Of a DNA stretch of 64,000 nucleotides, positions 28,046 through 37,069 are shown piece after piece. Numbering within the stretch: the first letter of the stretch is position 1; the number at the start of each line of letters is the position of its first letter. The DNA is from Thermoplasmatota archaeon (GTDB lineage Archaea; Thermoplasmatota; E2; DHVEG-1): the NCBI GenBank assembly GCA_016927555.1, contig JAFGML010000031.1, positions 10,971 to 74,970 on the forward strand. Reading direction: 5' to 3'. The notes beneath the pieces are model-generated. The model was not told the DNA's origin and did not search any database. It saw nothing but the letters and a program-made list of their open reading frames with translations. A program made the translations under genes and the position numbers.

Positions 28046-28693
28046 ATGGTTAATGAAACAACCGCAGAGAAGTTCTCTGCCTACATGAAAAAATACCCAG
28101 ACCTCTACGCCTCACTAGCGCAGAGTGTGCAGGCGCACTGCACAACACCCCATCCATTGATTCTTGACATCGGCAGCGGACCAGGGTTACTCGCCGTAGA
28201 GCTCGGTCGTCTCATGCCACAGGCGACACTCCTTGGTCTTGACCCGCTGCCCACCATGCTTCGTCTCGCACAAGACAACACACGTCAGCAGAAGATCAGT
28301 GCATTCTGTCCTCTCTGTGGTAGCTCAGAGCACCTGCCGCTGAAAAACAACACCGTAGACATCATCGTCAGTCGATTCAGTCTGACGTACTGGCAACAAC
28401 CACAGCAGAGTTTCCATGAGATGACCCGCGTGGTAAAACCTGGCGGGATAGTGATCCTTGAAGCATTGAACCGCACGTACCCACCATGGAAGCTGCGCTT
28501 GATACAACTGCACATGATGCTCAACAGGGCAGGCCGAGACGTCACTACGTACCACGTTGATGCGTATAAGACGGCATATACTCTTGAGCAAGTACAACAC
28601 TTTCTGAGCACTGCAGGATTAATGGTTCTCACACATGAAGGAAACAGAAGCACCTGGAAGTTCAAAGTCATCGCCCAGAAGAAAGGCCTGTAA
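28046..28693 (+). CDS. Class I SAM-dependent methyltransferase
   Basis: 215 aa with motif I ILDIGSGPGLLAVEL, the post-I LLGLDP, and VKPGGIVIL. Confidence 0.75.
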   Translation: MVNETTAEKFSAYMKKYPDLYASLAQSVQAHCTTPHPLILDIGSGPGLLAVELGRLMPQATLLGLDPLPTMLRLAQDNTRQQKISAFCPLCGSSEHLPLKNNTVDIIVSRFSLTYWQQPQQSFHEMTRVVKPGGIVILEALNRTYPPWKLRLIQLHMMLNRAGRDVTTYHVDAYKTAYTLEQVQHFLSTAGLMVLTHEGNRSTWKFKVIAQKKGL

Positions 28694-28749
28694 CAGAGAT
28701 GTTTCCTACAAAAGATATATATATTTTACACACGTAATAGTGTACTACT

Positions 28750-30060
28750 ATGAGACGTTCACCTCCTGCACGAGATGGTACACAACTCTTCGTCCTTGTT
28801 CTCGTGGTCCTCATCAGTCTCCCATCCGTTATGCCACTAGGGGCAAGCAGCCAAGAGACCAAGGAATCAATGAGTCTGACGCCTGCAAGCACCACAGATC
28901 AAGAACTCTACCTCCTTCGTGTGGAACACTACCTCTACGTCACCGCTGAAGACGACGTTGGAGTCTTCCATGTTCGCTACTCGTTTCCCCCTGATTACGA
29001 GTACCAAGTGCCCTTGCTCTTAGAGGTGTACAACAACAGCACACTCTCAAGCATCATTCACTATCACATTGAGGATGACAGCCTGCCGCCAAACAAGGTG
29101 GTGAACTTTACCCTCGAACCGATGCAACAAGGCGAGATGGTGCTGCTGCATTTCACCTGCTGGGTGCTGGTGAGGAACCATGATTTCAGCGACCTGCCAC
29201 CCTACGTGAAATTCCCAAAAAAATATCAGCTCCCCGATGAGACGAAAACCTGGCTGGCCTCCACTGAAATGGTACAGCTCCACAGCCTCTTGATACGTCG
29301 GAAAGCACATCAACTCCATGGCCTCAGTGACAACCTCATTCGCTACGCAGGGCGCATCGCACCGTTCATCAGGTCTCATCGATTCTGGCTCTTTAGCCTG
29401 CAGTATTACACCGGCCTGCTGATTTCCCAGGATGCCAGGACAACGCTCCTATTCAATGGTGAGAACGTCGGACGAGCACATTTAGCGTGCGCGTTTTTCA
29501 GACTCTATCACACCCCTGCACGTGTCCTGTTGGTCAACAATGACCAGGGGTTCTGGACGCAGATGCACTACATGGCGGAGTACTACTGCCCAGGCTACGG
29601 CTGGGTGCTCGTCGAAACAACCTTTGGGAAATCACCGTACGAAACGAAACATCAGGTGATCAACCGCATCTGCTACCCTGAGGATGAGGATGACACGAAA
29701 CGCGATTACATTTATCCATTGATGAGAGGGGAAGAACGGTGGTTGTGGATCGATACCGAAGTGGTGGTTCCCTACTACGTTGATTGTGACGAGGGGAGTA
29801 AATCACAGATGTTCACTGAGGGTGTGGCTATGACAGACCAGCTCACGGCAAGCTATGCGTTTGTCCTCTCGCAACAGGTGTTCCGAAGTTACCAGCAGTA
29901 CCTTGGGGAAAACCTGACGGGAGAGAATCTGCTGCATTTCGACAACGCAGTCGACAACCAGACCGCTGCAGTGTTAAGCTTGAAGCAATACTCCGATGTT
30001 GAGGGGTACCTTGCAGGTATGAATCAGGCCTACGATGAGTACCTTCAAATCATCATCTAA
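28750..30060 (+). CDS. Secreted transglutaminase-like protein, probably catalytically degenerate
   Basis: 436 aa with the signal peptide LFVLVLVVLISLPSVMPLGASS. Anchoring the motif GENVGRAHLACAFFRLYHTPARVLLV...MHYMAEYY..GYGWVLVETT on PAR places no Cys at the nucleophile position. Confidence 0.4.
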   Translation: MRRSPPARDGTQLFVLVLVVLISLPSVMPLGASSQETKESMSLTPASTTDQELYLLRVEHYLYVTAEDDVGVFHVRYSFPPDYEYQVPLLLEVYNNSTLSSIIHYHIEDDSLPPNKVVNFTLEPMQQGEMVLLHFTCWVLVRNHDFSDLPPYVKFPKKYQLPDETKTWLASTEMVQLHSLLIRRKAHQLHGLSDNLIRYAGRIAPFIRSHRFWLFSLQYYTGLLISQDARTTLLFNGENVGRAHLACAFFRLYHTPARVLLVNNDQGFWTQMHYMAEYYCPGYGWVLVETTFGKSPYETKHQVINRICYPEDEDDTKRDYIYPLMRGEERWLWIDTEVVVPYYVDCDEGSKSQMFTEGVAMTDQLTASYAFVLSQQVFRSYQQYLGENLTGENLLHFDNAVDNQTAAVLSLKQYSDVEGYLAGMNQAYDEYLQIII

Positions 30061-30322
30061 AAAAAGCGTGTCAGGCTCTAGTATTCCCCTACTAAGAATC
30101 CGAACGCGTAGTACCGCTTTCGTTTCTCCGACCATTGTTTGTATTTAGGACTCTGCTTTGGTCTCCGATTGTGTTTCTTGGAGTGCTGTCGTGGCACAGG
30201 GTCACATCTCCTGTACCTGTGTTGTCGTCGTGATTCTATTTAATGGTATGGTGGCAAATCGTCAAAACGCACAAGAGAGGAGAGGCGTAGCTTTATTAGC
30301 GTCTGAAGGATGTGATGGCTCC

Positions 30323-31063
30323 ATGACCGACTCAGGACAACACTCCACTCCAGCAGCACGGCCACTGTGGTCGTACTTCTTCCCAGTCATCCCAAGTGTC
30401 GTGTTCCTCATTGGCGTGTTACCAACTGTGGGTGTTGTCTATGCTCTGCATGTGTACGTGCACTACTTCTCGTTGTCCACACTGTGGCACTTCATAGCAC
30501 TCCCTTTTGTGCTGTACGGAGGCGCGGTGTTCTTGTTCCTCACTGAGCTGTTCATCACCGGTGGTATCATCCGGGTGTGCCGCATCATGTATCAACCAGG
30601 GACCTATGAGTACTCCTTTCGCAACTGGAATACGGTGAAGTGGACCTTGGTCTGTGTCCTGTACACCCCCTTCAGAAAATTCCTTGAGATTTTTCCCTTG
30701 GGGCGCATAAAAGTCTCGTACTTTCGACTGCTAGGTATGAAGATCGGAAAGCACTCATTGGTTGGGGGAGTGATTAAAGACCCGTGTCTCACGGAGTTTG
30801 GTGAGAACGTCACCATGGGGGAGTACGCCATCATCTATGGTCATATTCATAACATGCAGTATGAGACTATTGTCATGGACAGAATAAGGGTGGGGAATAA
30901 CTGTGTGATAGGCGCAGGTGCTATCATCATGCCTGGTGTCGTCTTGGAAGATGACGTCGTGGTCGCTGCTGGTGCCCTAGTTCCAAAAGGACAGGTGCTC
31001 TCCAAGGGGAAAATCTACGGTGGTGTCCCGGTGAAAGAACTCGCGAGAACCACCACGAAGTAA
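30323..31063 (+). CDS. Membrane-anchored left-handed beta-helix (hexapeptide-repeat) acyl/acetyltransferase
   Basis: Trimmed to ATG 30323. Two or three N-terminal TM helices are followed by hexapeptide repeats: VGNNCVIGAGAIIMPGVVLEDDVVVAAGALVPKG...GGVPVKEL. Confidence 0.65.
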   Translation: MTDSGQHSTPAARPLWSYFFPVIPSVVFLIGVLPTVGVVYALHVYVHYFSLSTLWHFIALPFVLYGGAVFLFLTELFITGGIIRVCRIMYQPGTYEYSFRNWNTVKWTLVCVLYTPFRKFLEIFPLGRIKVSYFRLLGMKIGKHSLVGGVIKDPCLTEFGENVTMGEYAIIYGHIHNMQYETIVMDRIRVGNNCVIGAGAIIMPGVVLEDDVVVAAGALVPKGQVLSKGKIYGGVPVKELARTTTK

Positions 31064-31118
31064 ATATATTTAAATAGTGAAGAAGTCTATATAAGTATAA
31101 CGAATATGGGGGAACTAT

Positions 31119-31958
31119 ATGAAGAACATTGGAATGAGTGTCATTGCGGCAGTGCTCTTTCTGTCGCCGTTTGCAGCAGCCTCTACGTTACCGAGCATGG
31201 AACATACTTCTGTGTTGACCACTACGATAACGACAACAGCGGACTTCACGCACACGGTCTTCATTGAAGAAGGCACAACCACAACCTGCCCAAGCTGTCC
31301 AAACGCTGCAGAAGCATTAGCATCATTGTACGACAGTGGGGAGTACCCGTTCTACTTTGTCGCGTTAGTGTGTGATGAAAACCAACTTGCTTCGAATCGT
31401 TTCTGGTGGCACTACCGTGGTATTGCTGTGCCAACACTCTTTTTTGATGGGGGGTTGAATCAGACCGTCGGCTCAGCATCAACGCCGCAGCAAACCGAGC
31501 AGCTCTACCGCCCCTTCATCGAGGGAGCTGGAAACCGCGAGGTACATCCCTTAGAGATGACGTCCACTGTCACAGGTCATAACGATGCTACGCTTGATAT
31601 CACGGTGACTGTGAAAAACACAGGGTCACGACTCTACATCGGGTTTCTGCGATCATATGTCACCGAGATTGAATCACGCTGGAACAATAATGCTGGGAAT
31701 CCGTACCACTTCGGGTTCCTTGACTTCGCGTTAACACGACTGGTGATTCTCCCAGCAGAAAAATCAAAGACGTTTTCTGTGACCTGGGATGGCGCCAACC
31801 CACACGGAGACCTCTCGTTCGCCGATATCGAAGACGACAACATCATGGTGATTTCAACGGTCGCTCATTGGCAGCCGCACATCGTGCAAGAGGTGGAGTA
31901 CATTGGCACCCACCTGGCGTTCTACGTGGATCAAACCGTTGGGGCCACCGTCAACTAA
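31119..31958 (+). CDS. Secreted CxxC-motif (thioredoxin-like?) protein
   Basis: 279 aa with the signal peptide MKNIGMSVIAAVLFLSPFAAAS. A single CPSC motif sits in the context EEGTTTTCPSCPNAAEAL. Confidence 0.4.
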   Translation: MKNIGMSVIAAVLFLSPFAAASTLPSMEHTSVLTTTITTTADFTHTVFIEEGTTTTCPSCPNAAEALASLYDSGEYPFYFVALVCDENQLASNRFWWHYRGIAVPTLFFDGGLNQTVGSASTPQQTEQLYRPFIEGAGNREVHPLEMTSTVTGHNDATLDITVTVKNTGSRLYIGFLRSYVTEIESRWNNNAGNPYHFGFLDFALTRLVILPAEKSKTFSVTWDGANPHGDLSFADIEDDNIMVISTVAHWQPHIVQEVEYIGTHLAFYVDQTVGATVN

Positions 31959-32073
31959 GACAAACGACAGAGTGGAGACTACGTAGTTCTTCCCTCAGCG
32001 CAGTCTGAGGAATATCTTTATACAGTGGTTTATTTTTACACACCCGTCAGCATACTATCTTATCGGTGACGCC

Positions 32074-32820
32074 ATGAAGTTGCATCGGTACCAGCGACAA
32101 ATGCTTCTCAAAGAACTAGGGATGAGAGGTCAGCAGAGTCTGTCGACAAAGCATGCGGTAGTCATCGGTTCTGGTGGCCTGGGGAGCCATAGCGCGAGCA
32201 TCTTGGCACGCATGGGCGTAGGATACCTGACCCTTGTTGATGATGATACCGTAGATATCACAAATCTTCATCGGACCGCGGTGTTTTCTGAGAAAGACGT
32301 TGGGAAACCAAAGGCACGCATCCTTCAGCAGAAGTTACGGAACGTGAACAGAGACTGTGAGGTACGCGCGGTGAAGAGAAAGGTGACGAAGGCGACAATA
32401 CTGCCACTAGTACAGAATGCTGACATCATTGTCGATGGCACTGATTCCTTGCCACTTCGCTTTTTGATAAACGACACCGCGGTGAAACAGAACATTCCCT
32501 GGGTGTACGCTGGCGTGCAGGGGACTATCGGCATGGTCATGGGTATTGTGCCGAATACCACACCGTGTCTTGCCTGTGTGTCGCAAATGATCTCACAGCA
32601 GACCATGCGTACGCTGCCGGTCCTGGGGAGTCTCCCAGGCATCATCGCCTCGCTGCAGTGCAACGAGATCATCAAAATACTCTTGGGCAAACCACCTGCT
32701 GGTCTTCTCATTGTTGATGGATGGCGCCCGTGCTGCGATTGCATTGACGTCCAAAAAAATCCTGTATGTCCCGTGTGTGGTGGTGTAACGATACGAAAAA
32801 GTCGACAGAGGATACACTGA
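32074..32820 (+). CDS. E1-like ThiF/MoeB/UbaA-family adenylyltransferase
   Basis: It has VVIGSGGLGSHSASILARMGVGYLTLVDDDTVDITNLHR and the paired CxxC zinc motifs CLAC and CPVC. Its stop shares one nucleotide with the next start (TGATG). Confidence 0.8.
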   Translation: MKLHRYQRQMLLKELGMRGQQSLSTKHAVVIGSGGLGSHSASILARMGVGYLTLVDDDTVDITNLHRTAVFSEKDVGKPKARILQQKLRNVNRDCEVRAVKRKVTKATILPLVQNADIIVDGTDSLPLRFLINDTAVKQNIPWVYAGVQGTIGMVMGIVPNTTPCLACVSQMISQQTMRTLPVLGSLPGIIASLQCNEIIKILLGKPPAGLLIVDGWRPCCDCIDVQKNPVCPVCGGVTIRKSRQRIH

Positions 32821-33068
32821 TGAAAATTACGGTCAGAGTACTTGGGCGGTACAAAGACTTGACCGGGGCAGAACACATCGCTCTTGATGTGGGACAGGAC
32901 CGCACATTGCGTGCTGTCGTCAATACCTTTGTTCAGCAGTACTCTGCTGCAGCAAAGGATACAAAGAACATGATTGTGCTGAAAAATAAGAAGTACAGCT
33001 CGTTTGATACATCGTTTACAACGAATGATGAAATCACACTTGTTCCTCCAGTGGTCTCTGGTGGCTAA
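32820..33068 (+). CDS. MoaD/ThiS-family ubiquitin-like small archaeal modifier protein ending in Gly-Gly
   Basis: 82 aa from ATG 32820, reading MKITVRVLGRYKDLTG...DEITLVPPVVSGG followed by the stop. It shows the beta-grasp length and pattern with a C-terminal diglycine. Confidence 0.75.
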   Translation: MKITVRVLGRYKDLTGAEHIALDVGQDRTLRAVVNTFVQQYSAAAKDTKNMIVLKNKKYSSFDTSFTTNDEITLVPPVVSGG

Positions 33069-33097
33069 GGGCAATTCGCACGAGAAAGAACATCGTT

Positions 33098-34102
33098 TTA
33101 GTTGTCGATGATTATTTCACAGCAAGCGCTAGGGTTAGCAGGGCTAAAATTATAGGCTTTATCAAAGAAGAAGACTTGGTAGTAACAGACCGCGTAATCA
33201 TATCCTTCGGGCATTGTATCGGTAAACGACATGGGTAGCTCGGTGACAAAGTAGACAAGATCGCCTTCATCGACTCCGGGATAGGGAGATTCAGATTCTG
33301 GCTCCACATCTTTACCTTCTGGTTCAAAAGGCTGCGCAGGTGGAATCTCTTTTATCGGTTGTTCTGTACTGATACTTCGACGGATCATGACTCCATAGGG
33401 GTTATTCGTCGTGTCTTCTGGGGGAACAATCCAGCTTATGACATTTCCTTCCTTTGTGTACTCGCCGGTGCATCCTTCTACGGCTAACGGTGGTAGATTG
33501 TCCACATAGACCGCAGCGATTTCTGTATCACTACCTGAGGGGGCAGTCACGGTGAGAGAGACCGTTTTTTGCCCATCGACTGGTGAGAGTACCACGTCGG
33601 TGAATGTCCACGTCGCTTGTCCATCCTCGATGCTATCAGGTATAAGACTTCCTTCTATGTCCATCAAGGCGCTGATATCAAGGTCATAGGTAAGATCCTC
33701 TAGTGCATTATAGTCAATGATTGCGATAAGGTCAATGGCGTCACCATCTTTGATGTAGCCTGTGTCTTCAACATTTGTTCTGATTAGTGTGAAGCTTGTG
33801 ATCGCCGGGGGAGTGTCCTGTGTGCCCCCGCCACCAGAGGGTTCATCTTTACCCAAGGGATCATCACCACCAGTAGTCCCTCCTTGACCGCTGGTTTGCT
33901 CTGGTGTTGTTGAAAAACGATCCCAGAGGCTTTTCACGGTGGAGGCGGCATTTGACCCTGACTCGGTGACCATCATGCTCGTTGACACATAGACGGTTGC
34001 TCCGATACCCGTCATCACTACGACAAGCATGATAACGGCGATGACCGGTGATACCGCAATGGTAGTACTGTGGAAGAAATGATAGTCTCGCAGTCTTCGC
34101 AC
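33098..34102 (-). CDS. Archaeal type IV pilin-like (DUF1628 N-terminus) surface protein
   Basis: 334 aa. The N-terminal TTIAVSPVIAVIMLVVVMTGIGATVYV matches the class III signal / AVSPVIxxILMVAIT pattern. A Gly/Thr/Asp-rich linker and a beta-rich body follow. Confidence 0.6.
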   Translation of the reverse strand: MRRLRDYHFFHSTTIAVSPVIAVIMLVVVMTGIGATVYVSTSMMVTESGSNAASTVKSLWDRFSTTPEQTSGQGGTTGGDDPLGKDEPSGGGGTQDTPPAITSFTLIRTNVEDTGYIKDGDAIDLIAIIDYNALEDLTYDLDISALMDIEGSLIPDSIEDGQATWTFTDVVLSPVDGQKTVSLTVTAPSGSDTEIAAVYVDNLPPLAVEGCTGEYTKEGNVISWIVPPEDTTNNPYGVMIRRSISTEQPIKEIPPAQPFEPEGKDVEPESESPYPGVDEGDLVYFVTELPMSFTDTMPEGYDYAVCYYQVFFFDKAYNFSPANPSACCEIIIDN

Positions 34103-34229
34103 CTTCTCATGTTATACTTACTTACTTTTGATATAAATACGTATCCAGTAAAAATAGTAATTTGTAAAAATGTCAACTGCTGAGAACTATCAGAGGAAAA
34201 ACCTCGAGAAAAACAGAGAAAAAGGGGGG

Positions 34230-34943
34230 TTAGAGATCCGCGGGAAACGCGCCAGTCAGCATGGCGTACTCCTCGAAATCCTCAATCCAATCAAAGGTCG
34301 TGTCAATCTCGGTTTTAGGTAACTTCTTGGCAGGCTCGGCGAGATGCCTCTGTTGCTCCTCGATGAGCTTCTCGAGTGGAGCAAACCGCTTCGCCTTCAC
34401 GACAGGGTACAGCACCACGGTATCAGCACCATCTAGGTTTCGGATATGCTCGCGAACAAACGTGTTGACCGTTTCTGGTGAATCCGAGGCAATATTCATC
34501 ACGATGTCTTCATCACCCAGGGAGTACGAGATGTAGATGGGGAAGAGATTAAACGGATAGTGGAAATCAACAAGGTAGTCATAAATCGTCTTGTAGTTCC
34601 GTGGATGCGTGTAAATCCGCACGATGTACCGATAAATCGTCGATGGCCGGTTCTTTGGAATCGGAAAAAACACTGGTTTCATGAGGGTCACAGTACTCGT
34701 GTGGTGGCACGCCTCACAGTTCGCCACGCTATCGACGAGAAAATGAGCAATCTGATCTGGATCTTTGACGTCGAACACCACCGCGACACTCATCATGCCT
34801 TCTGCTTGCGTCGCATACAACGGTGTGACGTACCGGGTTGTCTCTTCTCGTGTCAATGTTGACTCAACATACTCCCATATCTTCTCAAGATTACTTCTCG
34901 GTGTTAGTCGTACAATAACCATCATACTCTTCATCCTCCACAT
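34230..34943 (-). CDS. Hypothetical protein, possibly two Lrp/AsnC-type (RAM-like) ligand-binding domains
   Basis: 237 aa. Two segments have a beta-alpha-beta-beta-alpha-beta-like pattern (MVIVRLTP...VAVVFDVKDPDQIAHFL and YIVRIYTH...IVMNIASDSPETVNTFV). This is judged by eye only. Confidence 0.3.
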   Translation of the reverse strand: MWRMKSMMVIVRLTPRSNLEKIWEYVESTLTREETTRYVTPLYATQAEGMMSVAVVFDVKDPDQIAHFLVDSVANCEACHHTSTVTLMKPVFFPIPKNRPSTIYRYIVRIYTHPRNYKTIYDYLVDFHYPFNLFPIYISYSLGDEDIVMNIASDSPETVNTFVREHIRNLDGADTVVLYPVVKAKRFAPLEKLIEEQQRHLAEPAKKLPKTEIDTTFDWIEDFEEYAMLTGAFPADL

Positions 34944-35166
34944 CGAACCAAGGTTGGTTCTCCGTCTCGTATAGAACGGAGTCTATAAGTATCTTTCTTT
35001 TTCATGAAGGGTAATAGGAGAACGAAAAGGGTACCTGTCCTAGAGAAAAGAGGCACAATTCTAGACGACTCGTACTGATGCGGTAGAACCATGAGTTATA
35101 TATATAGACGTCTGATTGAATCATCGACAGAACCTCAAGAAAACCCAGAGAAAGAAGGATACCGCA

Positions 35167-36468
35167 ATGCAGAACGAAAAAAGACAACATCCGTGTGTTG
35201 ACATTCCGTATGGGACAAAGACCATTGCCGTGCAGATTCCTGCGGCATACGAGATCGCACAGCCTCCTGCAGTGACTTATCAAAATGAAAAAGACCTCGT
35301 TGAACACGCGCTGCGACACCCGCTGGGGAAAGAACCCTGTGACCAGTTTATTAAAAACGCAGAGCGTTTACTCGTCATCGTTAACGATGCCATGCGGCCA
35401 ACACCAACCGCACACGTCCTTGAGTACCTCTCCCCGTTCCTCTCCACACATCCACATGTCACGTTTCTTGTCGCCACAGGCACACACCGTGCCCCAACAG
35501 CTGAGGAACTGCGCCTCATTTTCGGTCGATTCTATGAGCCATTCAAACATCAGATTGTCATCCACAATGCGAAGCAGAAGGACACCCTGGTGTACCTCGG
35601 GAGAACAAAACGGGGGACAGAGGTATCAGTCAATAAACTAGTTACCGACATCAAGACGGTGCTCGTAATCGGCAGTGTTGAGCCGCATTACTTCGCGGGG
35701 TTCACTGGTGGCCGCAAAGCGTTTCTCCCCGGAGTCTCCGCCTATGAAACCGTTGAGATGAATCATAAATTTGCCCTCAGCGAGCAGGCGTGCTCCCTTC
35801 AGTTACAGGGAAACCCAGTCCATGAAGACATGCTGGATGCCGTACGGCTACTCCAAGGAGTCACTGTGTTTTCTCTCCAGGCTGTGGTAACACCGGAGAA
35901 GCGACTCTACGCGGTCACCGCTGGTGATGTACTGAAGTCATTTGATGCTGCGATTCCCTGCGTCAAAGAGGTCTGTTGTGTGCCATTGACCAAGAAAGGG
36001 AACATCGTGATGACTGTTGCTCCTCATCCGATGGACGTTGATTTGTATCAGTCGCAAAAAGCCCTGGAGAATGGTAAATTTGCTTTGGAAACAGGCGGCA
36101 TTATCATTCTCGTGTCCACCTGCCGCATGGGTGTTGGCGACCAAGCGTTTCTGGATATGCTCTGCCAAGCAGGGAGTCCACAGAACGTGCTAGAAAAGAT
36201 GAACAGTGACTATACATTTGGGTATCACAAGGCTGCAAAGATAGCGCAATTAGCAGTCGACTCACAGATTTGGGCGGTCACTGATCTTAGTGAATCCATC
36301 GTGCAGAAAGCGTTCATGAAACCGTATCGGTCTCTTCAAGCTGCGATGAATGATGCAGTGGAGCTCACAGCCCAAGCAGGGAAGCAACCTCATGTCGTGA
36401 TTCTTCCTCAGGGGAGCCTCACGATCCCAGTGGTTCCTCACAAGGACAAGAAAGCGCCTTCTTCGTAA
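35167..36468 (+). CDS. larA: LarA-family nickel-pincer-cofactor-dependent 2-hydroxyacid racemase/epimerase
   Basis: Motifs are LVIVNDAMRPTP, ATGTHR and EPHYFAGFTGGRKAFLPG (DUF2088 / LarA N-domain signatures). Trimmed to ATG 35167; the track start is 35116. Confidence 0.75.
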   Translation: MQNEKRQHPCVDIPYGTKTIAVQIPAAYEIAQPPAVTYQNEKDLVEHALRHPLGKEPCDQFIKNAERLLVIVNDAMRPTPTAHVLEYLSPFLSTHPHVTFLVATGTHRAPTAEELRLIFGRFYEPFKHQIVIHNAKQKDTLVYLGRTKRGTEVSVNKLVTDIKTVLVIGSVEPHYFAGFTGGRKAFLPGVSAYETVEMNHKFALSEQACSLQLQGNPVHEDMLDAVRLLQGVTVFSLQAVVTPEKRLYAVTAGDVLKSFDAAIPCVKEVCCVPLTKKGNIVMTVAPHPMDVDLYQSQKALENGKFALETGGIIILVSTCRMGVGDQAFLDMLCQAGSPQNVLEKMNSDYTFGYHKAAKIAQLAVDSQIWAVTDLSESIVQKAFMKPYRSLQAAMNDAVELTAQAGKQPHVVILPQGSLTIPVVPHKDKKAPSS

Positions 36469-36621
36469 AATCTCTATCGCGAAAGGAGTGCTCCCCTCCG
36501 CTCCAGAGGAAACACCACACACCTGCCCCGTCTAGTGAGACCACACGCTTGTATCCTCTGGTGAAATGTTGTTAAGAAATGTTTATTAAATCATGGCAAC
36601 TTCACTGCGTGGGGTAAACGA

Positions 36622-36966
36622 ATGGATGAGGTCATTCTTGTCAAGAAAGGGGATCAAAAAAGCGAATTGAAACGACCAGGGCGACACTACCGTCTCATGC
36701 TGAAAACCAAGCAGATAGAATCCATTGTTGCAGAGCTGGATCCACAAGCTGAATCACGATGGTTCCAGCATCAAGGTGAGGAGATGCATTTGATGCTGCA
36801 AGGGGAAATAGAGTACACCGTCGGTGAGCATTCGTATAAACTCAGTGAAGGTGATTTGTTGTGGCATCTGTCCAATGTGCGACATCGGGCAAAAAACATT
36901 GGTAAGAAGAAAGCAGTCTACGTGACCGTAAGTTCACCCCCGACATTCATGTGGGGTGATTTGTAG
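36622..36966 (+). CDS. Cupin-domain protein
   Basis: 114 aa with cupin motifs QHQGEEMHLMLQGEIEY and GDLLWHLSNVRHRAKN. Confidence 0.6.
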   Translation: MDEVILVKKGDQKSELKRPGRHYRLMLKTKQIESIVAELDPQAESRWFQHQGEEMHLMLQGEIEYTVGEHSYKLSEGDLLWHLSNVRHRAKNIGKKKAVYVTVSSPPTFMWGDL

Positions 36967-37069
36967 AGCAGTACACCACGTCATTCATCCTAATTGTTTT
37001 ATGAAAGAAAGGCAGAGGAGCAGGCACTCAAAACAGGCATCGAGCAGTCGGAATCGTAAGAGTGGTACA

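Noticed and set aside
30158-30322. N-terminal extensions of track ORFs at 30158 (acetyltransferase), 36956 (fumarase alpha), 35116 (larA), 40993 (protease), 56132 (mvhD2) and 58311 (tandem hdrA)
   Set aside because: Each extension overlaps the preceding gene or lacks family-like sequence. Internal ATGs give canonical N-termini and typical stop/start coupling.
32325-33074. 249-aa minus-strand ORF spanning the E1-like and SAMP genes
   Set aside because: It lies antisense to two well-supported genes. It has a Cys/His/Arg-rich nonsense-like composition.
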